64,000 nucleotides of DNA from Prolixibacteraceae bacterium UBA1413 (GCA_002304925.1 DBPT01000010.1:15615-79614); one strand, 5' to 3'. Positions 35,712 to 46,031 are shown, counted from the stretch's first letter. Made by a program: numbers and translations. Notes: a model not told the origin generated them from the sequence alone.

Positions 35712-37814
35712 ATGACAGATTTTTTGGACCAAGATATTCAATTTTTGCCGGGTGTGGGGCCGGTAAAGGCTGAATTGCTGAAAAGAGAGCTCAATATTGA
35801 GACTTTTCGCGATTTGGTTTATTATTTCCCTTACAAGTATGTTGATCGCACCAGGTTTTACAGGATCAGCGAGGTGCAGGCCAACATGGCGCACATCCAG
35901 GTAAAGGGAAGAATCACTTCCATGGAGGTGGTGGGAGTAGGTCCCAAACAGCGGTTGACTGCCCAGTTCCGTGATGAGACCGGTGTCATGGAACTGATCT
36001 GGTTTCAGGGTGTCAAATGGCAGAAGGAGCATCTCCGGCTGAACACGACCTATACCATTTTTGGCAAGCCCGCGGAATTTAACGGCGTCATCAACGTCGT
36101 TCATCCCGAGATTGAAGCGGAAGGCGATATTTCGCTTCAGCCGGCCGGAATCTTCCAGGCGCATTACAACACCACTGAGAAGATGAAGAAGAAATACCTC
36201 ACTTCAAAGGCAATTCACCGGTTCATGCTTACCCTTCTGGATAAGATGAAGGGGAAAGTCCCCGAGACCATACCTGCGGGAGTGATGGACAGGCTGAAAT
36301 TGATGGGACTGGAAAAAGCGCTCCATACCATTCACAAGCCCGATAACAGCCATGATCTCCGGAATGCGAGGTTCAGGCTGAAATTCGAGGAGCTTTTCCT
36401 GATCCAGCTGAAGATTTTATCGCTGAAGCACAACAGGGAAAGCAAATTCAAGGGATTCCCCTTCACTGAGGTAGGGTACAATTTCAATACGTTTTACCAT
36501 CATTACCTTCCTTTTCAGTTAACCGATGCCCAGAAAAGGGTGACCAGAGAGATCAGGAAAGACCTTGGAAGGAGCATTCAGATGAACCGACTTCTGCAGG
36601 GCGATGTAGGCAGCGGGAAAACCCTGGTGGCGCTGATGGCTCTCCTCATAGCCCTGGACAATGGTTTCCAGGCCTGTCTGATGGCCCCCACTGAAATCCT
36701 GGCCCAGCAACATTACGACACCATCACCGGGTTACTCAGGGGCATGAATGTCGATACAGGACTGCTCACGGGATCTGTCAGGGCATCGGACCGGAGTCTC
36801 CTGCACGAAAAACTGGCCGACGGCAGAATGCATTTGCTGGTGGGAACCCATGCATTGATTGAGGATGCGGTAAATTTCAAAAAGCTGGGACTGGTGATCA
36901 TCGATGAGCAGCATCGTTTCGGCGTGGCCCAGCGGGCGAAGTTATGGCAGAAAAACGATACCATCCCCCCCCATGTGTTGGTCATGACTGCCACGCCCAT
37001 TCCCCGGACCCTAGCTATGACAGTATACGGAGATCTCGATGTGTCGGTCATCGACGAGTTGCCTCCCGGCCGGAAGCCCGTTCAGACCCTTCATTTCTTT
37101 GAGAACAAACGGCAGGATGTCTATCAGTTCATGCGCAGGAAAATCATGGAAGGGAGACAGATTTACGTGGTGTATCCCCTGATTTCCGAATCGGAAAACC
37201 TGGATCTCAAAAACCTGGAGGAGGGGTATCGTCACATCTCGGACGAGTTCCCCGACTACGATGTCTGCATGGTTCACGGTCGCATGAACCCTGCCGATAA
37301 AGAAAGGGAAATGCAGAAATTCAAGGAAGGGCGCACCCGGATCATGGTGGCCACCACCGTTATTGAGGTGGGGGTTGACGTCTCCAACGCCTCGGTCATG
37401 GTCATTGAAAGTGCCGAACGCTTCGGGCTTTCTCAGTTGCATCAATTGCGGGGACGTGTAGGACGCGGTGCCGACCAGTCGTACTGCATCCTGATGTCTT
37501 CCTTTAAAATCACCAACCAAAGCCGGAAGCGTCTGGCGACAATGGTGCGTACCAATGACGGATTTGAAATTGCCGAAATGGACATGCGACTCCGTGGGCC
37601 CGGTGACCTTGAAGGCACTCAGCAAAGCGGCATCGGCTTTGACCTGAAAATCGCCAACCTGGCCAAAGATGCCGACATTTTGGAATTGGCCCGTTCAAAC
37701 GCCCGTGAAATTCTCGAAACAGACCCGCTTCTACAGAGCTCGGAATACCGGGTGCTCCGGACATCCCTCCTACGGGGAAAGAAAACCGACTTTGAATGGT
37801 CGGTGATCAGCTGA
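35712..37814 (+). CDS. recG: ATP-dependent DNA helicase RecG
   Basis: Start chosen at MTDFLDQDIQFLPGVGPVKAELL. Helicase motifs GDVGSGKT, DEQHRFG and QLRGRVGRG. Confidence 0.95.
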   Translation: MTDFLDQDIQFLPGVGPVKAELLKRELNIETFRDLVYYFPYKYVDRTRFYRISEVQANMAHIQVKGRITSMEVVGVGPKQRLTAQFRDETGVMELIWFQGVKWQKEHLRLNTTYTIFGKPAEFNGVINVVHPEIEAEGDISLQPAGIFQAHYNTTEKMKKKYLTSKAIHRFMLTLLDKMKGKVPETIPAGVMDRLKLMGLEKALHTIHKPDNSHDLRNARFRLKFEELFLIQLKILSLKHNRESKFKGFPFTEVGYNFNTFYHHYLPFQLTDAQKRVTREIRKDLGRSIQMNRLLQGDVGSGKTLVALMALLIALDNGFQACLMAPTEILAQQHYDTITGLLRGMNVDTGLLTGSVRASDRSLLHEKLADGRMHLLVGTHALIEDAVNFKKLGLVIIDEQHRFGVAQRAKLWQKNDTIPPHVLVMTATPIPRTLAMTVYGDLDVSVIDELPPGRKPVQTLHFFENKRQDVYQFMRRKIMEGRQIYVVYPLISESENLDLKNLEEGYRHISDEFPDYDVCMVHGRMNPADKEREMQKFKEGRTRIMVATTVIEVGVDVSNASVMVIESAERFGLSQLHQLRGRVGRGADQSYCILMSSFKITNQSRKRLATMVRTNDGFEIAEMDMRLRGPGDLEGTQQSGIGFDLKIANLAKDADILELARSNAREILETDPLLQSSEYRVLRTSLLRGKKTDFEWSVIS

Positions 37815-38108
37815 TCTGCTCCGTTGTTTTCTTCTACGCGGCATTTGGCGCCCTTTGTTATGACTTTTCAGGCCGGGAATTTACTTTCTTCGTAAAATAA
37901 CTACTTTCAGCCTTTTAAAACAGTTGTATGGAAGCATTAATAAGCCGGCTTAACAACATTATTATCGAAGCGGATACCAGGCAGGGCAAACCACCCTGCA
38001 TGAATAGCCGGTTCATGAATAGCATAAGAGATATTGTAAAACATAAATTGTAAAACTCTTTGAAGAATTATCTTATATTGCAGCTCCATAAAGGATAAAT
38101 CACTGCTT

Positions 38109-38672
38109 ATGTTGCGACGACTTCTTCCGCCTCCGGCCTGGAGGATTCCTGTTCTCATTCTTACGGGGATCTTTATCGGTCTGGGACTATTTTCCGTGTA
38201 TCTGGGGAAGGCTCACCTCTACCTCTCCGACAGACCCGAAGCATGTATCAACTGCCACATCATGGCCCCGCAGTATGCCACGTGGACACACAGTTCCCAC
38301 CGCGAGAATGCACACTGCAACGATTGTCATGTTCCTCACAACAATATTTTCAATAAGTATTATTTCAAAGCCAATGATGGTTTGCGTCATTCCACCCTCT
38401 TCACCTTGCGTATGGAAAGGCAGGTGATCAGAATCCTGGAACCCGGGGCCAGGGTCGTGCAGAGCAATTGCATCCGTTGCCATGAAAAACTCCTTGTGGA
38501 TCCGAAACTGGAAGCATCGGTGGCAATGTACAGACAAGTTCGCGAAGGAAAGCGTTGCATTGAATGCCACCAGGAAGTTCCTCACGGGAGGGTGAACAGT
38601 CTTTCCAGCGTACCCTATGCCAGGGTCCCCCTGCTTGAAAGTCCGGTTCCCCAATGGATGAAAAAGAACTGA
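38109..38672 (+). CDS. nrfH: Cytochrome c nitrite reductase small subunit NrfH (NapC/NirT tetraheme quinol dehydrogenase)
   Basis: 187 aa with an N-terminal TM helix and four CxxCH motifs (CINCH, CNDCH, CIRCH, CIECH). Confidence 0.9.
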   Translation: MLRRLLPPPAWRIPVLILTGIFIGLGLFSVYLGKAHLYLSDRPEACINCHIMAPQYATWTHSSHRENAHCNDCHVPHNNIFNKYYFKANDGLRHSTLFTLRMERQVIRILEPGARVVQSNCIRCHEKLLVDPKLEASVAMYRQVREGKRCIECHQEVPHGRVNSLSSVPYARVPLLESPVPQWMKKN

Positions 38673-38714
38673 GAAACCTTGAAGAACAACAGGCAAACAC
38701 AAAGAATTACAAAT

Positions 38715-40217
38715 ATGAAATCCATCACCGAATTGACCCAAAAAAGACCTGCCTTGGCGTGGCTTCTTTTCTTTGCCACCATTGCCGTGGTATTCCTGCT
38801 TGGATTGCTGGCTTCCTCGATCATTGAGCGGCGTGCGGAAGCATTGTTCGTGAACACCCCCAAGACGGTTCTCCGGGACGGGGAGGTGAGAAATGAAAAG
38901 TGGGGGGAAAATTATCCCCGTGAATTCCAATCTTACTATGGCACTGCCGACACCTCTTTCCGCAGCAAGCACGGCGGGAATGCTATGGTGGACATGCTTG
39001 AAGAAGTGCCCGAAATGGTGGTTCTCTGGGCCGGTTACCTTTTTTCAAGGGATTATAACCAGGGGCGCGGACATTATTATGCCATCGAAGATATATACAA
39101 TTCACTCAGGACGGGAGCTCCCATGAGTGGTGATGCAGGGCCACAGCCCACCACCTGCTGGGCCTGTAAAAGTCCGGATGTGCCCCGGATGATGAAGGAA
39201 GAGGGGATTACGCAGTATCATTCCGGCATGTGGGCCAGGCTGGGTTCCGAGATTGTGAATCCCATCGGCTGTGCCGACTGCCACAACGCCTCCACGGCCA
39301 ACCTGCAGATTTCGCGGCCGGCCCTTATCGAGGCTTTTCAGCGGCAGGGGAAGGATGTTACCAGTGCAAGCTACCAAGAAATGCGCAGCCTGGTCTGCGC
39401 CCAGTGCCATGTGGAATATTATTTCAACAAAAAAGTGGCTGAGGGGGCCAACTATCTCACCTTTCCCTGGGACAAAGGGATGACGGTAGAAGAGATGGAA
39501 AAATATTACGATGAGATTGAATTCTCTGACTGGACCCATGCGTTGAGCCGAGCTCCGATGCTGAAAGCCCAGCATCCCGACTATGAAGTGGCGCAGTTTG
39601 GCATTCATGCCCAGCGGGGCGTCGCCTGCGCCGACTGCCACATGCCCTACCAGAGCGAAGGCGGAGTAAAATATACCAACCACAAGATGCAGAGTCCCCT
39701 GAACAATGTTGCAGCCTCGTGTCAGGTTTGCCACCGCGAGGAAACAGCTACCCTGGTTCAGAATGTATATGACCGGCAGGATAAGATCCTCGAAGCCCGC
39801 GGTGAACTGGAAAAAGCATTGGTCAGGACCCATGTGGAAGCCAAAAAAGCCTGGGAACTCGGCGCTACCGAAGAACAGATGAAGGATATTCTGAAGGGGA
39901 TTCGCCGGGCACAATGGAGATGGGATTATGTGGCAGCCTCGCATGGCGGATCATTCCACGCTCCCGTTGAATGTGGCAGAATCGTGACGGCAGGGTTGAA
40001 CATTGCACAGGAAACCCGGCTGAAACTGGCCAGGTTGCTCTCCTCCCTCGGATTTAACGGGGAAATCCCCTACCCCGACATCTCCACAAAAGCCAAAGCA
40101 CAGGAGTTTATCGGTCTCGACATGAAGAAATTTAGGGAAGAAAAAGCCCTCTTCCTGAAAGAGGTCATTCCGGTCTGGAAAGCAGCAGCAGCAGAACGGG
40201 AAAGCAGTTGGAACTAA
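38715..40217 (+). CDS. nrfA: Ammonia-forming pentaheme cytochrome c nitrite reductase NrfA
   Basis: CWACK active-site heme motif plus four CxxCH motifs (CADCH, CAQCH, CADCH, CQVCH). ATG 38715 is preferred over the TTG at 38679. Confidence 0.92.
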   Translation: MKSITELTQKRPALAWLLFFATIAVVFLLGLLASSIIERRAEALFVNTPKTVLRDGEVRNEKWGENYPREFQSYYGTADTSFRSKHGGNAMVDMLEEVPEMVVLWAGYLFSRDYNQGRGHYYAIEDIYNSLRTGAPMSGDAGPQPTTCWACKSPDVPRMMKEEGITQYHSGMWARLGSEIVNPIGCADCHNASTANLQISRPALIEAFQRQGKDVTSASYQEMRSLVCAQCHVEYYFNKKVAEGANYLTFPWDKGMTVEEMEKYYDEIEFSDWTHALSRAPMLKAQHPDYEVAQFGIHAQRGVACADCHMPYQSEGGVKYTNHKMQSPLNNVAASCQVCHREETATLVQNVYDRQDKILEARGELEKALVRTHVEAKKAWELGATEEQMKDILKGIRRAQWRWDYVAASHGGSFHAPVECGRIVTAGLNIAQETRLKLARLLSSLGFNGEIPYPDISTKAKAQEFIGLDMKKFREEKALFLKEVIPVWKAAAAERESSWN

Positions 40218-40324
40218 ATAAACAGGAGCAAATCCGGAAATTTTAAACTGGCAATGCCTGTTACAGAAAGGATTCCGGGTAAACCACCGTGTATAAACGA
40301 AGTAAATAATTTGAACCCACAGGA

Positions 40325-41914
40325 ATGAAAAAGACGATTATTGGCGTCATTGTTTTTGTGATCGCTGTTTTAGCCTTCATCAGATGGTTCAGCGGTGAAG
40401 AGGAATATTACAACCTGAAGCTGGAGAAGCTTAAACAGGAGTATTCCGTTACACCCGTTTCTTCAATCGATCACAGCAAACTTTCTGCATTGCAGAAAAA
40501 ATTTGCTTCGCCCCAGGAGGTTACCGAAGCGTGCAACAGTTGTCATACTGAAAGGCATCGCGAAGTGATGAATTCCGCCCACTGGAACTGGGAACGGGTT
40601 TCTTATGTCGAAGGGAGGGGTATTGCTGCCGCAGGAAAAAAAAACGTGCTTAACAATTTCTGCCTGGGCGCGCAGTCCAACGAGCTGGCCTGTGCCGCCT
40701 GCCATATCGGGTTTGGCATGACCGACGACCATTTCGACTTCAACAATGCACGGAATGTGGACTGCATGGTGTGCCACGACAACAGTGAGGAGTATATGAA
40801 AGGGGCCTCCATGTCGGGGTATCCCGACCGGAACGTAAATCTCACCAAAGTAGCCCAGAGTGTCGGCAATCCGGAACGCATCAACTGTGGAAGCTGCCAT
40901 TTTTACAGCGGTGGCGGCAACAATGTGAAGCACGGGGACCTCGAGGAAGCCCAGCTTTCCTGTGACCGGGATCTTGATGTCCATATGGCTTCCAATGGGA
41001 TGAACATGTCATGCGTTGCCTGTCATAATGCTGAGAATCACCAGATCAAAGGAAAACTCTACTCCGTTTCATCGGAGAATTACAACAGGGCCACCTGTGA
41101 GGATTGTCACACCGGTACCCCTCATTTCGATGACCTGCTAAACCGCCACAATGCAAAAGTATCCTGCCAGGCCTGCCATATCCCTTTGTATGCGAAAGCA
41201 AATGCAACCAAAATGGATTGGAAATGGTCGGATGCCGGAAAATTGCGCAACGGGGAACCGTACCGGGAATTTAATAGCGACAGTACTTCCGAATACCTGT
41301 CTATCAAGGGAACTTTCCGGTGGGCTAAAAATTTGAAACCCGATTACATCTGGTTTAACGGTACTGCCGATCATTATATGCTTGGGGACACCATCAGGGA
41401 AGTTCCCGTGAAAATGAACACCCTCTTTGGAAGCCATGACAATAAGGATTCGAAAATATTTCCCGTTAAGATCAACACCGGAGATCAAATTTATGATAAA
41501 GTCTACAAAACACTTATCCAGCCCAAGCTATTCTCACTCAACAAAGGGGACAGCGCCTACTGGAAAGATTTTAACTGGAATACGGCTGCTGCAGCAGGAA
41601 TGGCCAGGGTAGGCCTCCCCTTCAGCGGGCAATACGACTTTGTCGAAACCATCATGTACTGGCCTGTGAACCATATGGTCGCCCCCAAGGAAAAAACCGT
41701 CGGATGTGCTGAATGCCATACACGCTCAAACGGCAGACTGGAAAACCTTGCCGGATTCTACCTCCCCGGAAGGGACCACAACAGACCTCTCGACATATTC
41801 GGGATTTTCATCATTGTGACATGCCTGGGCGGAGTCTTCGTCCATGCGCTGTTCAGGATTCTGGCAACCTCCCGGAGGAAAAAGAGTTCCATCGACACAA
41901 TTACCGAACCCTAA
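40325..41914 (+). CDS. Octaheme c-type cytochrome (OTR/tetrathionate-reductase-like family), membrane-anchored
   Basis: 529 aa with eight CxxCH motifs (CNSCH, CAACH, CMVCH, CGSCH, CVACH, CEDCH, CQACH, CAECH), an N-terminal hydrophobic anchor and a C-terminal TM helix (IFGIFIIVTCLGGVFVHALF). Confidence 0.8.
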   Translation: MKKTIIGVIVFVIAVLAFIRWFSGEEEYYNLKLEKLKQEYSVTPVSSIDHSKLSALQKKFASPQEVTEACNSCHTERHREVMNSAHWNWERVSYVEGRGIAAAGKKNVLNNFCLGAQSNELACAACHIGFGMTDDHFDFNNARNVDCMVCHDNSEEYMKGASMSGYPDRNVNLTKVAQSVGNPERINCGSCHFYSGGGNNVKHGDLEEAQLSCDRDLDVHMASNGMNMSCVACHNAENHQIKGKLYSVSSENYNRATCEDCHTGTPHFDDLLNRHNAKVSCQACHIPLYAKANATKMDWKWSDAGKLRNGEPYREFNSDSTSEYLSIKGTFRWAKNLKPDYIWFNGTADHYMLGDTIREVPVKMNTLFGSHDNKDSKIFPVKINTGDQIYDKVYKTLIQPKLFSLNKGDSAYWKDFNWNTAAAAGMARVGLPFSGQYDFVETIMYWPVNHMVAPKEKTVGCAECHTRSNGRLENLAGFYLPGRDHNRPLDIFGIFIIVTCLGGVFVHALFRILATSRRKKSSIDTITEP

Positions 41915-41927
41915 AAACAATGTCATC

Positions 41928-42584
41928 ATGAAAAGAGAATATGTTTATAAGGGATTTGAGCGATTCTGGCACTGGTCACAGGCTGGCCTGATCATTTTCC
42001 TCGCGTTTACGGGATTTGAAGTTCACGGTTCCTTTCGTGTGCTTGGATTTGAGCATGCCGCCCGATTCCACAGAGTCGCCTCCTGGATGTTGATCGGACT
42101 GATCATTTTCGCAATATTCTGGCATCTGGTCACCGGAGAATGGAGGCAGTACATTCCCACCACCCATAAACTGGCCGACCAGATCAGGTTTTACACCAGG
42201 GGGATGTTCCGGGGAGAGCCGCACCCGACAAAAAAATCAGGATTACAGAAGCTGAATCCGTTGCAGCGACTGGTCTACCTTGGTTTTAAACTTGTGCTGA
42301 TTCCCCTCACCGTTTTATCGGGGATTGTGTACATGTTCCACAAATCCCTCGATAAGAACGATATCGTGGTGATTAGTGACATCCCTCTCGGAACCGTGGC
42401 CTTTTGGCATACCCTAGGAGCTTTTTTACTGATGGCCTTCCTGGTTGTTCATGTCTACATGACAACGACAGGCCGGACACCCACTTCCAATATCGAAGCC
42501 ATGATTACTGGGTACGAGGAGTTGGAGGAGGACGAGGATGAACCGGTCGATGAGGCAAAGGTTGACGGGCAGGTTGACAGATAG
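41928..42584 (+). CDS. b-type cytochrome membrane subunit (PF01292-like, PhsC/HydC-type)
   Basis: Start at MKREYVYKGFERFWHWSQ. Four predicted TM helices with His residues (FWHW, RFHR, FWHL, VVHVY). Lies 13 nt after the octaheme gene. Confidence 0.75.
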   Translation: MKREYVYKGFERFWHWSQAGLIIFLAFTGFEVHGSFRVLGFEHAARFHRVASWMLIGLIIFAIFWHLVTGEWRQYIPTTHKLADQIRFYTRGMFRGEPHPTKKSGLQKLNPLQRLVYLGFKLVLIPLTVLSGIVYMFHKSLDKNDIVVISDIPLGTVAFWHTLGAFLLMAFLVVHVYMTTTGRTPTSNIEAMITGYEELEEDEDEPVDEAKVDGQVDR

Positions 42585-42669
42585 GTTGTCGGGTAAAAAA
42601 TGAAAGGGTCTGACTGCCAGATATTTTCGCGCAATAAATAGAATAATAACATTCAACAAATATCAGGAT

Positions 42670-43191
42670 ATGACAAAGCCAAAACCTTACATGAACCCTT
42701 ACCTGGCAGGATTTCTGCTGGGTTTGGTCCTGCTGGCGACCATTTATATATCGGGACGCGGTCTTGGAGCAAGCGGCGCTTTCAAGAGTGTTGTCATCGC
42801 TTCGGTGGAAACCTTTGCCCCGCAACACGCGGAGAATACCGCTTTCTATACTGGTTTTGCCAAAGACAACCCGGGAGGTCCCTGGAAGAATTTCCTGGTC
42901 TTTGAGGTGATCGGAGTTATCATCGGGGGATTTTTCTCAGGGGTTATCGGCAACCGGGTCGGGCTGAAACTCGAAAAAGGGCCGCGGGTGACCAATACGC
43001 TGCGGGTTGTGACGGCCATACTCGGGGGCGCTCTCTTCGGATTCGGGTCACAGGTAGGCAGAGGGTGCACCAGCGGAGCGGCTCTCAGCGGGATGGCAGT
43101 TCTTTCCCTGGGAGGAATTCTCACCATGGCGGCTATTTTCGGAGCCGCATACGGATTGGCATATTTCTTCAGAAAACTGTGGCTTAAATAG
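42670..43191 (+). CDS. YeeE/YedE family sulfur-compound transport protein (half-size)
   Basis: 173 aa, multi-TM, with the conserved GRGCTSGAALSG motif. Confidence 0.8.
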   Translation: MTKPKPYMNPYLAGFLLGLVLLATIYISGRGLGASGAFKSVVIASVETFAPQHAENTAFYTGFAKDNPGGPWKNFLVFEVIGVIIGGFFSGVIGNRVGLKLEKGPRVTNTLRVVTAILGGALFGFGSQVGRGCTSGAALSGMAVLSLGGILTMAAIFGAAYGLAYFFRKLWLK

Positions 43192-43198
43192 GAGCAAT

Positions 43199-44395
43199 AT
43201 GGGACCATTAGTACCTTATATCATCAGTGAGGAATTTGGCCTGGTAATCGCCCTGGCCATCGGTGTCGCCTTTGGATTTGTCCTCGAGCAGGCCGGCTTC
43301 TCCACAACGAAAAAACTGGTAGGCCTTTTCTATGGCTATGATTTCACTGTTCTCCGGGTCTTCTTCACCGCAGGGGTCACTGCCATGGCAGGAGTCCTGC
43401 TGCTGGGCCATTTCGGCCTTCTCGACACCAGCGTCATTTATGTCAACCCGGCCTTCATTAACTCCGCCCTGATCGGCGGGGCCATCATGGGCGTGGGATT
43501 TATCATCGGTGGATTTTGTCCTGGCACCAGCGTATGTGCCATGGCCATCGGCAAACTCGACGCGCTGGCTTTCGTCGGCGGAAGTATCCTTGGGGTGTTC
43601 GCCTTCATTGAAGGTTTTCCCCTGCTCGAAAAAATGTACCATGCTAACAACCTGGGCCAGATCAAAATTTCCGAATATTTCGGAATGAGCGATATCCTCT
43701 TCGGATTTCTTCTGGCTGCCGTTGCTGTCGCCGCCTTTATCGCCACCTGGTATATCGAAAACCGCGTCAACAAAAGAAAAAATGTGCTTGAACCCGGAAT
43801 GAAGAACAAATACGCATTGGCGATAGCCACTCTCTTTGTGGTTTTGGGCATTGTTGCATTTCTTCCCGGGAAAGAGGACATCATCAATATGCAGATTGCA
43901 AAGGCAAAACGGCAGCAGAGCTGCGTTTTCAAGGAGATCCCCGCCGATAAGCTGGCCGATGATATCGTCAACAACTTTTACGCCCTGAACGTTATTGACG
44001 TGCGGCCTGCCGAAGCTTATGAGGAATGGCACCTCCCCATGGCCATCAACATTCCCTTTGACCAGATGCTGGAACGGCAGAACAAGGCCATTTTCAACCA
44101 GAAACTGCGGACCAATATTTTTTATGCCGACGACGACACGCTGGTTCGGATGGCCTGCCTGAAAGCGAAATTCGCGGGGGATTCCGAAAATATGATCCTC
44201 AGTGAGTCTGCTGAGGAATTCAGAAAATTATTCTTTGAACCGGAGATTCCTGAAGCAGGTTCCGGAAAACAGCTCCTCAACATTTATAATTACCGGACCA
44301 ATGCTGCCCGGAAAATGTTGGAAATGGAGGCCGCCATGAAGAGCCGTTCGGCACCCGTAAAAAGAGAAGTGGTCACCGTCAGGGGAGGATGCTGA
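43199..44395 (+). CDS. YeeE/YedE family membrane protein fused to a rhodanese-like domain
   Basis: 398 aa. [13 protein letters not shown] motif in the membrane part. C-terminal [23 protein letters not shown] rhodanese-like fold, with IFYADDD at the position of the usual catalytic-Cys loop. The protein ends in RGGC. Confidence 0.75.
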   Translation: MGPLVPYIISEEFGLVIALAIGVAFGFVLEQAGFSTTKKLVGLFYGYDFTVLRVFFTAGVTAMAGVLLLGHFGLLDTSVIYVNPAFINSALIGGAIMGVGFIIGGFCPGTSVCAMAIGKLDALAFVGGSILGVFAFIEGFPLLEKMYHANNLGQIKISEYFGMSDILFGFLLAAVAVAAFIATWYIENRVNKRKNVLEPGMKNKYALAIATLFVVLGIVAFLPGKEDIINMQIAKAKRQQSCVFKEIPADKLADDIVNNFYALNVIDVRPAEAYEEWHLPMAINIPFDQMLERQNKAIFNQKLRTNIFYADDDTLVRMACLKAKFAGDSENMILSESAEEFRKLFFEPEIPEAGSGKQLLNIYNYRTNAARKMLEMEAAMKSRSAPVKREVVTVRGGC

Positions 44396-44417
44396 CAAAA
44401 AGTTTATCTTTGACCGC

Positions 44418-45212
44418 ATGAAGCAATATTTAGAGTTGCTGGATACCATCCTGAGAACAGGAACGCCGAAAGAAGACCGCACAGGAACGGGCACCCTAAG
44501 TATCTTCGGCCATCAGATGCGTTTTAACCTGGAAGAGGGATTTCCGGTGCTCACCACCAAAAAGCTCCACTTGAAATCGATCATCCACGAACTGCTATGG
44601 TTTCTGAAAGGGGATACCAACGTAAAATATCTGCAGGAAAACGGAGTCCGCATATGGAATGAATGGGCCGATGAAGCGGGCAACCTGGGGCCAGTTTACG
44701 GAGCGCAGTGGCGTAACTGGGAATCCACCGACAGCCGGCACATTGACCAGATCAGCGAAGTGGTGCGCTCCCTGAAGGAGAATCCCGATTCCCGCCGGCA
44801 TATCGTCAGCGCCTGGAATGTCGGCGACCTTCATAAGATGAACCTTCCTCCCTGCCACCTTCTTTTCCAGTTTTACGTTGCCGGAGGAAAACTCTCCTGC
44901 CAGCTCTACCAACGCAGTTGCGACGTTTTCCTGGGAGTGCCCTTTAACATAGCTTCCTATGCCCTGCTCACCCTGATGATGGCGCAGGTCACCAGTTACC
45001 GGCCCGGCGATTTCGTGTGGACCGGCGGCGACGTACACATCTACACCAACCACCTGGAACAGGTAAAACTGCAGCTTACCCGGCAACCCCTGCCCCTCCC
45101 CAAAATGAGGATCAACCCCGATATCCGCGACATCTTCGGCTTCCGGTTCGGGGATTTCGAACTGGTAAATTACCAGGCACATCCCCATATCCCCGGGAAA
45201 GTCGCAGTTTGA
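44418..45212 (+). CDS. thyA: Thymidylate synthase
   Basis: 264 aa with the [11 protein letters not shown] active-site motif. Confidence 0.97.
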   Translation: MKQYLELLDTILRTGTPKEDRTGTGTLSIFGHQMRFNLEEGFPVLTTKKLHLKSIIHELLWFLKGDTNVKYLQENGVRIWNEWADEAGNLGPVYGAQWRNWESTDSRHIDQISEVVRSLKENPDSRRHIVSAWNVGDLHKMNLPPCHLLFQFYVAGGKLSCQLYQRSCDVFLGVPFNIASYALLTLMMAQVTSYRPGDFVWTGGDVHIYTNHLEQVKLQLTRQPLPLPKMRINPDIRDIFGFRFGDFELVNYQAHPHIPGKVAV

Positions 45213-45322
45213 AAAAACCGGGTCGCAAGGCTTCAGTCTTTAATGATTTCTGTTTTCAATCCGGAACGCTGGTATAAGTCCAATATCTTTTAGTCTGATA
45301 TTATTTTCTAACACCTGTTTTC

Positions 45323-45811
45323 ATGTCCAACATTTCAATTATTGTGGCCATCGCTGAAAATTTTGCCATCGGCAAAAACAACGAATTGTTGTTTCACCTT
45401 CCCGATGACCTGAAACGGTTTAAAAGGATAACCACCGGCCATCCCGTGATCATGGGCAGGAATACTCTTCTTTCGCTTCCCCGGTGGCCTTTGCCCAAAA
45501 GGAGGAATATCGTGATTACCGACAATCCGCAGGATGATTTCCCGGGTTGTGAAATTGTCTTTTCAGTTCAGGAAGCACTTGACCGGGTGATAAACGAAGA
45601 GGAAGCCTTTGTGATCGGCGGCGGTTTGGTATACCGGCAGTTTTTTCCGCTGGCGCACCGCCTTTACCTGACCCTGGTTCACAAACCTTTCGATGCGGAT
45701 ACATGGTTTCCTGACATCGATTACTCGCTGTGGAAAGTGCTGAATCGCGAAGACCACCACGATGAGACCAACGGTTTTGATTATTCGTATCTGGATCTTG
45801 AGAGATTATAA
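45323..45811 (+). CDS. folA: Dihydrofolate reductase
   Basis: 162 aa. ISIIVAIAENFAIGKNNELLFHLPDDLKRFKRITTGHPVIMGRNT. Confidence 0.95.
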   Translation: MSNISIIVAIAENFAIGKNNELLFHLPDDLKRFKRITTGHPVIMGRNTLLSLPRWPLPKRRNIVITDNPQDDFPGCEIVFSVQEALDRVINEEEAFVIGGGLVYRQFFPLAHRLYLTLVHKPFDADTWFPDIDYSLWKVLNREDHHDETNGFDYSYLDLERL

Positions 45812-46031
45812 CATATTATAATGCAGTCAATTGCAAAATCATGAAATATCCATGCATCATTTATGCACCAACCAGAATGAAATTGCGAAGCTATTCTTTG
45901 CGACCGCTGAAAAGGGACAATAGCCTCAAAAATAAAACTCAAGGATATTGCATGTATTTCACATTGAGAACCATTACAAAGCAATAATTTTTAAACACAT
46001 ATCTTTTTACACAAATTCCGGACGGGGAAAA

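Noticed and set aside
45812-46031. Direct repeat of the tRNA-Arg 3' end (att-like site) at the folA-proximal edge of the AT-rich islet
   Set aside because: I saw no match to the tRNA 3' segment (TGATCCCGGAGGAATTCGAATCC) and no integrase gene. Acquisition by site-specific integration is therefore unsupported and is reported only as a compositional observation.
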